Source: the human T2T-CHM13v2.0 reference genome, Homo sapiens. Taken from it: a stretch of 64,000 bases of DNA. Numbering within the stretch: the stretch's first letter is position 1; every line of letters begins with the position of its first letter. This document shows positions 13,126 to 26,958 of this stretch, piece after piece. The notes under the pieces are model-generated. The model ran no database searches. It was not told the origin of the DNA and worked only from the letters and a program-made list of their open reading frames with translations. The position numbers were made by a program, and so were the translations under genes. The stretch lies in NCBI RefSeq assembly GCF_009914755.1, contig NC_060933.1; one strand, 5' to 3'.

Positions 13126-15011
13126 TAATTCTTCATCCAGTGTATGACCAAAGCAGATCGTGTATTATCTCATTGTCAAGGAGATTAAGGTGCAGAAAGT
13201 GCCCTAGACCTCATGGTTTATATATGGTAGATTTAGGGTTAAAACCTAGAACCTAAGGCATTATCTAGCATGGGGTATGGATTCAGTCAATGTCTACTGA
13301 GTGAAGGAATGAAAAAAAATCAACACACCTAAGCTCACAAACACTTAATATAATTTTCTTTATCTCTTTCTTTCTATAGGCAGAGATATTAGAAAATTCT
13401 AACATATAGTGAGCAACCAGAATATACTTTCTGCTTGCTGCATTAACCTGTATTATGACAACTACTCAAACAATGGAAAACACTTCCCTATTATATACAA
13501 TGTTTAATTTTTATCACACACTATACCGGCTGATTTTTATCATATGCTATATAAAGTAGGTCAAGGTAGCACTTTAAAAAAAAAGTTCATTCTGCAAACA
13601 ACACTAACAACAAAACTGGTAGCAGAAATGCACCTAGGAGCTAGAAAAAGGCCCAACAAGTGCTCTCTTTCTGGCTGTTTTCCTAAGTCCTATAAGTTAC
13701 CCAGGGTAGGACAACATAGATGCCACTTGCTCTTCAAAGCCAAGGGGTTTCATGAGCAAGGGATCCTTCATTTCTCATTGATATTCCATAGACAAGACTT
13801 GCTGCAAAGTCCCATGATCAATGAGCTAAGATCAGACCTGGTTCCTAGCTCCTCTTACTGTTCTCACAAAACGCAGCTTGTGAGCTGGGAAAAGATAGAG
13901 AGATGTTTTTTTCAACCCATTTTCAAGTGCTAGCAGCATGCATTATTCCCAAGTCAGAATAGTTATGCCTGTTCATTGCTACCTTAAACCTGGTTGAATA
14001 TGCTCCTGGAGAGCTGTGTTGATATTCTGCTGCTCTCTAGGTCTCCTGTGGAATGCAAACTGCATTTCTCTTCTGCAAACAAATACCCCTCAAGTTGTGA
14101 GCCTATTTAACTGTGCCCAAAATTCATTGCACAAACATCTGTCTCCTGGGAAGGTGCCGTCTGCCTTAGATAAGACCAGTGGGTCTCAACTGCCTAATAA
14201 ATGGTCTTAGGTCTAGACCTCTCACACAGGCCTCTACCAAAATGTAGGGGAAACTAAACCTCTCCTGGGGCTTCTGTGCTTTTAGAAATACAAGAAAACC
14301 TTTCCACATAATCGCCTTAAAATTTCAGGATTAACAGATTCAGTTGGGACTGTCTGGTTCTAGGAGATCTTTGGTCTAGTCTAAAGATTTGGAATAAATG
14401 TTATTTTATTAGCAAGTGAGGGATCTCTGTTTTATTTTTGTTTTTGATTTTTGTTGTGGTTGACATTATTTTTTAACAATCTTCACCATTCTCATTCAAT
14501 TTAAACTGAATAAACCTCCATGCTTTAGTGAGCTTGCCAAATTTAGGATATGGTAGACTGAGCAAGGGTCCTATACACTTGGGCACATCTGCATTCATGC
14601 TGCACAAACTGAATCCCTTGGAATCCAATGGCATTCTAACTCTTAAACATTGCTGATGGAAAAAGAAGGGCACTAGGGTTTTAATCTGGTCTGACCCACT
14701 CTCTTCTCAGCTTTATTTATCTGAACAACAGGAGATGCCTTTGGAAGTATTTGTGGGGCACTGAATCAGGAATTAGAGCTAAAATGATCTTTAAAGGTCA
14801 GGTTCTAAAATCTGCTCCATCCCAATTTCAATCTGATGCTTGAATCTCAAATATCAGAAATAAAATGGTTAAACTGATTAAAATTCTAAAACTGAGCTGG
14901 TATTACAGAGTATTCCCCAGGCCACTGACATGGTTTTTGCCAGCCAAGAGTAACCTTAGGAAAGTAACCCATCCACAGAAATGGAGAAAGCTGTCTCCTC
15001 TTGGACCAGCT

Positions 15012-15268
15012 CTTAGAAGTGGCAGCACCTAGCCCCACGTGGCTGTTGAACAACTGAAATGTGGTAAGTCTGAATTAAGATATGCTGTATGTGTGAAACA
15101 CACAACTGGTATTGAAGACAGAGTGTGGAAAGGAATGTTAAATGTCTATAATAATTTTTATATCGGTGATATGTTGTAGTGATGTATTTTTGATATATGG
15201 GATTTAATAAAATGTGATTATAATTAATTTCATCTATTTCATTTTGCTTTTTGTAATGTGGCTAGGAC
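15012..15268 (+). mobile_element. hAT-Charlie MITE (MER33/MER3-like), truncated
   Basis: 'tagccccacgtggctgttgaacaactgaaatgtgg...ttttgtaatgtggctag'; similar to the copies at 29.0 and 31.2 kb. Confidence 0.7.
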
Positions 15269-16326
15269 AAGCTCTTCGAACAGATTTGGGAAGAAGAACG
15301 GTCACATAGATAAAAGTCGTTGAGAGTGGAAGGGAAGGGTCACTTAGTCTTGACCCTAGAGAATGAGTAGAAGGTAAATAATAAACACTCTCATGTTTAC
15401 TCTCACATTAATACCCAGAACGACTCTATGTGGCATCAAAAATTGCATTCCCATTTGAAATGTCATCTCACTGAGGCCAGTAACGTAGAGGTGGTGTGCT
15501 ATAAATCTAGCCACAGGAGAAGGTAAAATGGGGAGCGTAAACACAGTTCTTTCCACTGTCAAATCTATGTTCTTTCTCCAATACCAAACTGCACCTCTCT
15601 AAAATGTATTTACTTTACTATAGCCAGTGGGCTGAAGATTTTCAGTTCTGATTCTTCATCTTCTCTTCTTATCTCCTTTGACCCATCACTCTCAGGACTG
15701 CAAACAGGATTTAGTATTGTTATTTTATTTGCAACAACCATTTCTGGTCCCTGCACTCTGCTTGATGCAGTACAAAAATAGTTTGCCCTTTGGGAAGATA
15801 ATGCTTGGGTCTGTTCACCTCCATGCCTATATCTGTGCTTATGAACCAGGCAGGGTGGAGGGAGATAGCAAGTTGGCTAAATATGGCTCCAGGGGGAGTA
15901 AATTTCTGGCTGAGTTGATAATGGAAAATGGAGAATTTCATCTCCAGGTCAGTGACTGAATCTGGTCCAGTCTTTCACTCTCTGCAGTACGTGATTACTT
16001 GGTGGATAACAGCTGGGATTTGGGACTTCCCCCAAAGATTCCTTTATTCTCCAAGTGCTCTGCCTCCCTCCTTCTAGCCCATTTCCATGCCATTTTTTAG
16101 GCCTACTTTTCTCCAAAAATCTCACCTCATTAATTGGAAATGAAAAGTTAATTCCCACTGACCTCACTTCTTCCCATACCTGAAATAAGAGAAAGAATGA
16201 AGAGCAAATGATGTAGAAACATGGGATTAAATGTCATCTCCTGCATATTATAATATGATTACTAATATCTTCATTAAATTGTATTAATTTAATAAAATAT
16301 CTTTTGTGATTTGTTTTGCAAACTAA

Positions 16327-16641
<315 letters not shown>

Positions 16642-16979
16642 TATCTTGAAGGATTTTTTTAGTTAACGGTAGTAGGCTGCTTGGATACATTGTCCTTATA
16701 TATCAGGCATGAAGTATCATTTTTCAAAGGGTGGGGACACAGTTATGCAAAGGCAAGTTCATTGAATCAGAATGAGGAGACTTACATTTTACTGAACTCT
16801 CCTGTTTACCTTATATACAATTTTAGGTGTTTCTAGCCCATCTCAACTTCAAGTCCCTTATGTATAAAATGTGAATAATAGCTTGTGCTTTATTGAATTG
16901 TCATATGTCAACTCAAGAAGTCAGTTACCTATCCTGGTCTTCATTTATTTATTTTATTCTATTTTATATTTGAGGAAAA

Positions 16980-17240
16980 ATGGTCTCCAAGGTGGGTAAA
17001 CACACATTGTAGAGATGGAAAGATGATCTATTTTGAGTTTTGAGGAGAAAATATTAGAATTCTATTTCTGTATACATTTCATCCTTCAAAGTTTATTTTT
17101 CTTATGTATGTAGGTGATGACAAACATACTGTATAGATATAATAATGTATAACATTTATGAATAAATTACATATATAGAGAAGATAGACTTAGGATATTT
17201 TTAGTTCTAGGGATGCACTATCAGGAGTACCACCAAGGCC
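16980..17240 (+). mobile_element. Possible old hAT-type MITE (MER113-like)
   Basis: 'tggtctccaaggtgggt...aaaatattagaattctattt'; family assignment uncertain. Confidence 0.35.
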
Positions 17241-17659
17241 ACGGTTTTAAAATGACCCTTCACAATTTTTCTAACTTATAGTAGTTGAAGATGAGGAAGG
17301 TGAAGAAAACTGAACTAAATTAATTATAATACAAGGGCCCGCCTTAGAAGATAAATTTGAAAATTAACTAATCATACAGTTTTTATGTATCTCTCTCTTT
17401 CTTAAGCATGAAAGATAGAAGTATACTCTCTTTGCTCAAGATTCTGATCAAAGGAGGCTAGTAGATAAAATTCCAACCTCAGTGGCATTTTTGCAACTGT
17501 GTATTAAATGTCTCTGTTCCAAATCTCTTGATCAAGCCAGTCAAATAATCTAGGTTTTGGTAAACAACCCTCTGATGAAGATTCTATGACTTTTTTTTTA
17601 ACTAGTTCTGTACTCTGACTAGAGGCAGTGAAAGTTTAATTTTTTAATTTTAAAATTTT

Positions 17660-17880
17660 ATTTTTAAGGTATACAAATATCAATGACATTGTGTTTGGTA
17701 ATGAAATGGCTTATATGTACAACTATAAAGTATTGATTAAATGAACTCATACACTACTCAACAGCATTTAAAATTGAGTTGCTGCAGAACATTTAATGTT
17801 TTAGGAAAAATTTTATAGTAAGTGGATAAACAAAACAATCTACAAGACAGCAGGTGTAATATGATCCCTTTCACAATGTA
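17660..17880 (+). mobile_element. Old L1ME-type 3' fragment (left part; resumes at ~22520)
   Basis: 'gtggataaacaaaacaatctacaagacagcaggtgtaatatgatcccttt' resembles L1ME 3' UTR. Confidence 0.45.
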
Positions 17881-17882
17881 TG

Positions 17883-20800
17883 AGATCTCCACATCTGCCC
17901 ATGAGGGAATAACTGCTATGGGAATTCGCTTTTATAACTAGAAACCTAGACAACATTAAAGAAAAACAAATTGAAGACAAGACTGAACAACAGGCAGTAC
18001 AGGGTTATAAGGTGTGCACTGACTACCTCTGATTACTCTGAGAGGCACTTTTGAGGTAGTAGCACAAGGAGATAGAACAGAATTGAAACCCAGAAATTTC
18101 CCAACTTGAGACAAAGATCGTAGTTTAGGGAGGCCAAGATAACTAGAGTTTTCAGGGCAGAGTACAAGAGATAAAGGGGCCACACAAAGATCTCTAGAGA
18201 TCTGTATAGGACTCCTCTCAGATGTGTAGCTGAGTATGACCTATATAAGTGTGAGATAAAGTTAACGAAGATCAAAGAAAGGATTTCCAGGAGCAGTAGG
18301 CTGACTAATTTCTAGAGCTCATAGAGGGCTAGAAATAGTGCCTGTTTTTGCAAGCCAGAGCATAAAGAACTGCTAATATGTGAGGCAGTGGGCCAAATTC
18401 TGAGATTGGTATTGCCTTAAGAGTAGGATTAAATTAGTCTCAGCATAAATGCTGCGCTGGACCAGTCATAACAAAACTTTTTAAAAGCAAATCTTGAAAT
18501 AAACTGTTTCCCAAGTATAGTAATGTATAGTATAGTATAGTAATGTGGGCCAGAACAAAGAAACATATGATATGAATACAAAATATTCAGCATACAATGA
18601 TACATATTTACAATATCTGACATCCAATAAAAAATTACTGGCATCCAAGAAAGCTAGCAACTCTGATAATAATCAGAAAATAAAACAAATTAGTAGAATC
18701 ATATTTATAATGTAGATAAGGAAATTTGAAAGCAAGGGAACTTAAAACAACTCCTATAAATATATTCACTATGTTCAGAAAAACAGAGGAAACATGAACA
18801 TGGTGAGAGGAGAAATGGAATTTAAAAAGATGAAAATGGAAGTTACAGATACAAAAATACAGCATCTAAAATAAAAAATAGACGGTGTTAATCACTGCCA
18901 AAGAAAAGATCAATGAACTTGAGACATAGTAATGGGAATTCTCCAAAATGAAGCAGAGGGGGAAAAAAGGCAGAAAAAACGTTAGACTTCAGTAAGATCC
19001 GGGAAAAAATCAAGCAGATGAATGTGTGCATAATCAGAATATAAGGAGCAGGGTGATAGAAAAGAGAAAGAAATTTTAAAAAGTAGCTCATTTTTTCCAA
19101 ATGTGTGTAAAACAGTACACTCAATAACCCCAAAACATCAACAAACCCAAAGCAGAAGCAATTAAGGAACACTGCACCTAGGCATATCATAATTCAACTG
19201 CTGAAAACCAATGATAAAGAAAATGTATTGAAAAAGTCACATTTCTTCCAAAGGAACAAAGGTAAAAATTACAGCACATAGCTTGTGAGAAACCATGAGG
19301 GTCAGAAGACAATGGAACCACATTTTTAAAGTGCTGGAACCAAACAACCTTCAAGCAGGATTTCTATACCCAATAATAACATATTTTAAAATTTTAAGAC
19401 AAATTAAGTATTTTCAAATCAAGGAAAACTGAGATAATTTTTGTCAACAGACCTGCATTATGAGGAATGTTAAAGGAAATCTTTCCAATATAAGGAGCAC
19501 AATATCAAATAAAAATTTGGATCCCCACAAAGGAATTAATTAAGAATATCCAAAAATTATGGTTAGCCCCCTAAAAATATTCATAAAGTTAAAATGATTG
19601 AAAGTGTACAGAATATGTTCTCTGACACAAATTGAATTGAATTAGAAGCCAGAAAACACAAATATACTTGAAAAAACTCTAATATTTGATATTAAACAAC
19701 ACACTTCTTAATAACTCATGAGTGTGAGAAGAAATAACAAAGGAGTTTAGAAAACTATTCGAATTGAATGAAGATAAAAACTCAACATGAAAAAACTATA
19801 AGATGTAGGTAAACCAGTGCTGAAAGAGAAATTTGTAGCATTATATACTCACATTTAAATCTATGCTCTAATTTCTATATGAAAATTAGAAAAAGAAAAG
19901 AAAATGAAATCTAATGTAGGTAGCAAGAAAATACTAATGATAAAAATAGAGACTGAAAAACAAAGCAAAAAAAAACTGAGAAAATCAATAAAATAAAAAT
20001 CTGATTCTTGGAAACAATCAATAAAATTAGAGAAAGCTCTAACCAGATTTAACAAGGGGAAAAAGACACCGCCATGAATAACAAAGACACTCTTACCAAT
20101 CAAGAAATTACAAGAGTTTAGAAGATCCATCCCAGGAAGCAAGGGTAAAGATGAGACAATTTTTAAATTATATAACAATATTCAACATCTATCAATGTTT
20201 TTCACCATATTATTAGACTAACAAGAAAGCCCATGTGAGTATCTCAATCTATGTAGAACAAATGTTTGAAAAAGTGCAACACTTGTTCATAAAAAACTTT
20301 CAGTAAACTAAAAAAAAAAAAAGGAAAGGAAGAAGAAACTTTAATCTGATAAAGAGCATTTATTTGAAAAACCTATTAGCTTATTTAATGGTAAAAAAAA
20401 AAGAGAGAATAGATTCCTCATAAGGCCAAAAATAGGGCAAGAATAATTTTTATTAGTCATTATTGCACTGGCAATCTTACAGTAATAAAACAAGAGCAAG
20501 AGTAATAAGAAAAGAGCAACAAATCAAAACAGAAAATAAAAGATATACAGATAACAAAACAACAATTACAATTGCCTTTAGTTGTGGATAACATGATTAC
20601 CTATGTCTAAATTCCCTCCAAAATTTATTTCAAAGCTACTAGAACTAAGAAGTGAGTTTAGCAAGATTTTGTGATACCAGATCAATGTATAAAAGTAGTT
20701 TCCCCATATACTATCAATGAACAATTAATAATTACAATTTTTAAAATATTATTTACCATGGAACCAAAAAGCATGAACACTTAAAGACAATGTAATAAAA

Positions 20801-22517
20801 CATGCCAGTATCTGCATACCGAACACTAAAAAATATTGCCGAAAGAAAAAAAGGTGAATAAATGGAGATATATACCATATTCACGAATCACAAAACTTAC
20901 TATTTTTAAGGTGTCAGTTCTCCCCAAACTAATATATACATTCACATAAATACTAGTCAATATCCTTATAAGCATTTTTTGTGGAAATTTAAAAGTTGAT
21001 TGTAAAATGTATATGAAAATGCAAACAACCTAAAATAACCCAAATAATTTTTAAAAAGAACAAGTTGGAGGATTCAAATTACCTGACTGGAAGAATTGCT
21101 TATTATATAAAGCTGTGGAATTATGACACGGTTATTTTGGCTTAAGAATAACTTACAGATCAATGAAACATAATAGACTGTTAGAAATGGATTCAAACAT
21201 AACTGGTTAGTTGATTTGTGGCAAAGGATCCAAGGTAATCCAAGACAGAAAGGTATTATTCTTTTGAACAAATGGTGCTGGCACAATGATATAGCCACAT
21301 ATGTATAAATGAATCTCAACCTTTACCTTACACGAGCCACAAAAATTAAACTCTAGGTGGATCATATAATTAAATATAAAGGCTACAAACAATTCTAGAA
21401 GATAATATATAAGAAAGTCCTTGTAACCTTGGGTTAGAGAAAGAAGATTCCATTCATAGGATACCTAAAGCACCAACTGTAAAGAATTTTCAAATAGGAC
21501 CTGATCAATATTAAAATCCTTCATTCCTCAAAGGCATTGTAATTGAAATAAAAAGGCAAATTACAGATTAGGGAAATATAAATGATAAGTATATATCTGA
21601 TAAAGATCTTGTAAATAGCACATACACATAACCCATTATAAACTCCCTAACAAAAAGATAAGCAACTAGATTATTTTAAAACAAAAGAAGCAAAAAAAGG
21701 AGGGGAAAAAAGGGGAAGAATTCTAAGAAACACTTCACCAAAAAAGAGTATGTTGATGGCAAATCAATAGAGGAAAAGATGGTCAACATCATTAGTTATT
21801 AAGTAAATACTCATTACAACCACAATGATGTACTTCTACTCACCCATTTAGAATGACTACAATTGAAAAGAACGACAACAGCAAGTGTTGTTGAGAACAT
21901 GGAGCAAATAGAATTCTCCTACATTGCTAGTAGGAATGCAAAATGATACAACCAGTTTGGAAAACAGTCGGCAATTTCTTATAAAGTTAAAATGTAACCC
22001 AGCATTCCTGTTCCTAGATATTTACTCAAAAGAAAGAAAAACATAGGTCCACAGAAAGACTTGCAAAGGAATGTTAATAATAGCTTCATAACAATAACCA
22101 AAATTGGAAACAACCTAACTATCTAACTGGTGAATGAATAAACAAATTGTATAACCATAAAGAAGTGATCAGGAACCAACTACTGATATGTAATGACATG
22201 AATACATCTCAAAACCTTTTTGCTATGTGATAGAAGCCAGACACAAGTAAGAACACACTGTTTGATTTCATTAACTCAAAACTCAGGAAACTGCAAACTC
22301 ATGATAAAAGAAATCAGATTAGTGATTGCTTGTGGTCAGGGATGAGGAGAGATTTACTACAAAGGGTCACAAGGGATATTGGTGTAAAGAAAATGTTCTA
22401 TATCTTGATTGTGGTGGTTATGTGTACACATATTTGTCAAAACTCAATGAACTGTACACTTAAAACTGGTGACAATTATTGTGTATAAATTACACCTCAG
22501 TGAAGCTGGTTTTAAAA
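17883..22517 (+). mobile_element. Ancient near-full-length L1M (L1MC/MD/ME class) with internal deletions; non-functional
   Basis: 5'UTR-like start; ORF1 remnant PRHIIIQLLK at 19177; degenerate EN SDH motif ~19620; degenerate FADD-region ~20585; L1M 3' end 'aaaactcaatgaactgtacacttaaaa...tacacctcagtgaagc'; many stops and frameshifts. Confidence 0.88.
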
Positions 22518-22519
22518 GA

Positions 22520-22825
22520 TAAACATGTATATATTTGCCCAGTGAAAAGTCTAGGTGGAGATACACTACTTGTTAATACTAGTTATCTCTGTGTTTCAGG
22601 ATTAGCTGTGATTTTTGTTTTTACTTCTTGCTGTTATTCATTTACTTACTTATATATTCAGAATATATTTGTTAATTAGTTCCAGACACTCTACAAATCA
22701 TTGACGACACAATGGTTGGTGAGATAAACATAATTCCTGCTATCAAGTACTATATACACAATTCTCTATTCCCTAATCTTTCTATAATGAACGTGTTTTA
22801 TTTTGTCATAGAAAGGAAGAAAATT
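22520..22825 (+). mobile_element. L1ME-type 3' end interrupted by a short antisense L2 fragment (~22638-22750)
   Basis: 'tgttaatactagttatctctg' and 'ttctataatgaacgtgttttattttg' flank L2-tail-like 'ttcatttacttacttatatattcagaatatatttg'. Confidence 0.45.
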
Positions 22826-23227
22826 CCTCATGACTATATGAATTATAGTGTCTTTTGATCCCCTTTTCCTACAAGTTTGCTTCTCTGATTCTCTACTCAG
22901 TGACTTTCATGATCAACAGCATATGTTCAGTGAACAGAGTGTATTGTGTAGGTCAAGTGTTGTCACCCTGAAAAATAAGAATAAATGAGAATCTGACTGC
23001 CTCCCAATATGTGCTAGAGTAAACACATGACATACTTCAAATTTAACACTATATGAGTCGATATGGATATTTTAAATAGTTAAATTATTTATATAAGTAA
23101 ACATCCTGTATACATAATCTACTTGAGTGAAAAAGAGAAGAAAAAAATGTGCTGGTATATCAGAATAAAATGAGCCACTATGTGAGTATGCTTGTTCTAC
23201 GAATACAGTCATTATAAACTTCTTATA

Positions 23228-23445
23228 AAATCATAGACTATTTCAGCTAGATAAAGCCTTATTAATCATCTACTCCAATATTCTGATTATATAGACTCGT
23301 AATAACCTTTGAGAAGGAAGTGGAAAATTAGAATAATTGAGAATTATCTAAATCTATTGTGTCAGGCTTTAAAGACCTTTGAAGACCGCACTACTCATTA
23401 CTAGAAAAGTCAGAAATAGAATCCAGGTATCTCAGCGACTCAAAA
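23228..23445 (-). mobile_element. MIR/MIR3 SINE split by a 52-bp insertion
   Basis: 'gagaaggaagt' and 'gacctttgaagaccgc...aatagaatccaggtatctc' are contiguous in the MIR consensus. Confidence 0.6.
23322..23373 (+). repeat. 52-bp dispersed duplicate, copy A (51/52 identical to 30075-30126)
   Basis: GGAAAATTAGAATAATTGAGAATTATCTAAATCTATTGTGTCAGGCTTTAAA. Confidence 0.95.
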
Positions 23446-24479
23446 TTTAGACTGCATCGATGGCTCAGGCTTTGGAACTTTGGATTTACCAAGGTTCTAA
23501 ATTACATAGCATGCACACTACCCTATAACCACAACTGCTCCCATGTCTCTGACAGACATAATTAATCAATCACCATGCTTTCTGGCTAAATTTTGACACA
23601 GCTTCGGAATCCTTCCTAGCAGTTCTTCTCCCACATACTACCAAGACAGATCAAATACTTGAAGTGAAACCCAAGTGAAACACATAAACACACAAGGAAA
23701 CACACTCCTTTTGATACATACACAACCCATCAGTTTGCCCAAGCAAGTCATTCTTTTCCTGTCTGCATCTCACAGTCTTTATATGGAAAATGCAGATGAT
23801 AACTCCTATTCTAGCCTTGTTTAAAGACTAGATGAGACAATATATGTGGGAGAACTTTGGAAATTCCCACATTAAACAAGGGTAAATTTTCTCCTCTTTT
23901 CTCTGTCCTCCATCTCCCTCCATTCCAAAGTTTCCTTGGCTGTAGTGTAGTACAAGCTCATTTCTTCTGCCAAAAATCACCTTGAGTTTTGATTTAGGAC
24001 TAAAGGATAGTGAAAGGAATTTTTTTTGGTTCCTTCTCATTTTAGGGCTCCCTTCATTACATACCGTTAAAAAATTAGCTATAAATATCAGAGCTGAATA
24101 AGATGCTCCCAGAGAGAATACTAATTGGAAAAAATAATGTCAGGTAGTTGGATGAGAAAGGTAGTAATTCAAAATCTCCCTGGCCATATTCCCTTAACAA
24201 TCTGACCAGGTGAACAATGATTTCCTCCAGCCACAAGCTGGGAGACACATGGATAGAATTGCTGCTCTTTCAGTTACTCTCCTCCAACATAGATGATAGA
24301 TTTAAAAATCACTCTTGGATCCTACACACTGATATTTGTTGTAATTAAAGACTACTAAGTGAGTGTATCTCCAATCCCTCTTTTTTTGCAAAATAACAGG
24401 CTCCTGGGGCTACCACTACACACTCAATTTTATGGCTAAAATTGAACATTGATGAGGAGGACCAAACACTAAACAATTG

Positions 24480-24850
24480 AACAAATTAACAAAACACAAG
24501 AGGCATATAGTGAAGAGTTGAAAGAGGAACAATACTGCTGTAAAATATGACAAAAATACACAGGTGGGCAGAGCAGGCCCATTTGAGAAGATGCTATTGA
24601 GCCAGGACAGGGGAGATTTGAAGGAGCCAGCTGACAGAAGAGCATAAGAAGAGGTTCTGGAAGCTGGAAGCAGCTTGATCCAGACAAAATCCCCAATGTG
24701 GCTGAGGGGCAGAGAGCACAGGCAGTGAAGGGGGTTAGGTTGGCCGGTGTGGATGACAGATATTCACTATTTGAGATGAGGCAGGGCTATTATTTAAGTA
24801 GGGCCTCATACAAGATGATAGGCATTTGAGTTTTATTCTTCTACATTCTT
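24480..24850 (-). mobile_element. L2 LINE fragment
   Basis: 'aatgtggctgaggggcagagagc...gggcctcatacaagatgataggcatttgagttttattct'. Confidence 0.5.
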
Positions 24851-25919
24851 ATAGGCAGATATAACAGTTTCTAAAAGGAACATGGACTTCACAGCCTTGG
24901 AAAGAAGGGATAGGAGAGATGAGCTTTACAATAGATGCAAACTCTTGGTTCGTCTGGGAAACTGCAGTGAGAGTAAAAACTCCTCTTCCAACATTGCTGG
25001 TTTGAACCCAACAGAGCTGCATGGTCTCCCAGTAATCACATGGAAATGTAGACACATAGATAAACATCATTCTCCTTCTTTTAACAAGGTCTGTGCTACC
25101 TTTAGCAAAAGGCCTGGCTTAGCTTGGCGACGATTAATTGTAGCTGTTCAGAGGACGAGGCATGTTGTGAGTGAATTGATGTGCTTCAAGGGCCCTGTGT
25201 GTCTGACTTTTCATGTTGTCTAAATTTGTAACCTGTAAGACTGCATTTCCATAAGTTTTGAAATGCAATGTGTTCTGTGGTGCTCGGAATTCGATCAGGA
25301 TGAAAAGAGCTTTAGAAAGTAAGATGTTATTATTGTATTTGCCTTCACATGAGAAAATAGTCAAAGGAAGACAAACAGAGGAGGGGAAAAAGAGATCCTA
25401 TATAGATTAGCACTCCCACACAGCCTGCAACCCAGGGCAGGGGAGGGGCGGGGGTGGGAGAGAAAAGAGAAGAAAAACCAGAAAACCTGGCATAAGAATA
25501 AACCTTATCAAAGACTGAACATGACAATCAGGCCTCTATGTGGGAAAAGTTTTACCTTTATGAACCCCAGAGAAGAAAATTATACTCACTAGAGGAAGAA
25601 AAAGAGTTATTAACAAATCAGTTATCTGATGCTTAAATAATACAGCTGCTAAAATGAGCCTTCTAAGTAAACCTACAGTGAAGCTAATTAGTTCAGCATT
25701 TTGCCAATAACCTCATCTCCCATCCTTTCAGCTTTAAAAAAATGATGGGCTCAAACTATTAACACATAACACCAAGTATGTGATAAAATGAGTATTTTAA
25801 AGGAATACATTTGACGGGTTAGTCTTCAAATCTAACTGCTCTTTAAATGGTAGGTAAACTAAAAATTTTCATTAAGGATGAAAAATTTGATTAAGGATGC
25901 TGAGCAAAGCCTTGTTCAG

Positions 25920-26100
25920 GAAACGACCACCCAGAGTTCTAGGCCTGCCTCTACCATTTACTACCTGTGTGACCCTGGGCTAGTCATTTAACTTCCCTAA
26001 GCACTGGTTTTGCCATCTCTACTATGAGGATATTAATTTCTATCCAGCTTATCTCATGAGATCTTGTGATGATCAGGATAATCAAAGGTGCAAATATTTT
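25920..26100 (+). mobile_element. MIR SINE
   Basis: 'ctgtgtgaccctgggctagtcatttaacttccctaagcactggttttgccatct'. Confidence 0.7.
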
Positions 26101-26179
26101 AAAGATGTTTAAGTTCAACACACATTCAATGACTATTTTACAAGACAGGAAATATAAAAACAAACGAAGTTAGATGCTA

Positions 26180-26958
26180 GACTTATGTTGTCAAATATGG
26201 TAGCCGCAAGTCTCACGTGGTTATTGAGAGCTTGAAAGATAGCCAGCGTGATAAGGAACTTGATGTTTACTTTTTTTTTATTTTAAATACAGTTGCCCCT
26301 CAGTATCTGAAGGGGATTCCACCCCGAGGATAGCAAAGTCCTCGGATGCTCAAGTCACTTATACAGAAAGGTGTAGTATTTACATAGAACCTACACACAT
26401 CCTCCAGTACACTTTAAATCACCTCTAGATTACTTATACTTGATACAATACAAAGGCTATGGAAATAGTCATTGTACTGTATTATGTTTGTATTTTTATT
26501 GCTGCATTTTTATATTTTATTATTTTTTCAAATATTTTGATCTGAATATTTTTAAAGTTAAAAGCTGATAATTCAGTTAATGGAACAATTTTAAGTATGT
26601 TTGGAAATCCTGCATATATGAATCTACATTTTCAATTGTATAAGCTTTATAAAATCTAAATTCTGATCAAGTTATTTGATGGAAATTCAAGAAGAAGAAG
26701 AATTAATTGAATTGGGATATGCTTTAAGTATAAAATACATGCTGGATTTTACAAATTTAATGTAACAAAAGGAAACTTTTATTCATAATTTTTATTTTTA
26801 TTACATATTAAAATAAGAATATTTGGGATACAAAAGGTTAAATAAAATATTGTATAATAATTAATTTCACCCCTTTTTACTCCTTTTTAAAATGTTGTCA
26901 CTATAAAATTTAGATGCCTTATGTGGCTTATTTCATATTTCTATTGGACAGCTCCTGG
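26180..26958 (+). mobile_element. hAT Charlie1b-like DNA transposon fossil
   Basis: Termini 'tgttgtcaaatatggtagccgc' and 'tttctattggacagc'; interrupted by MER2. Confidence 0.7.
26290..26545 (+). mobile_element. MER2 (TcMar-Tigger MITE), 3' truncated, nested in Charlie1b
   Basis: TA followed by CAGTTGCCCCTCAGTATC...'ggatgctcaagtc'...'ctctagattacttata'. Confidence 0.8.

Noticed and set aside
13342-13414. Strong acceptor at 13379 with a possible 29-nt exon
   Set aside because: The donor context ATA|GTGAGC is weak and the exon would shift frame; a typical pseudo-exon.
13544-13933. 129-aa ORF in non-repeat DNA
   Set aside because: No recognisable motif or convincing splice sites; the length is within chance expectation for 64 kb.
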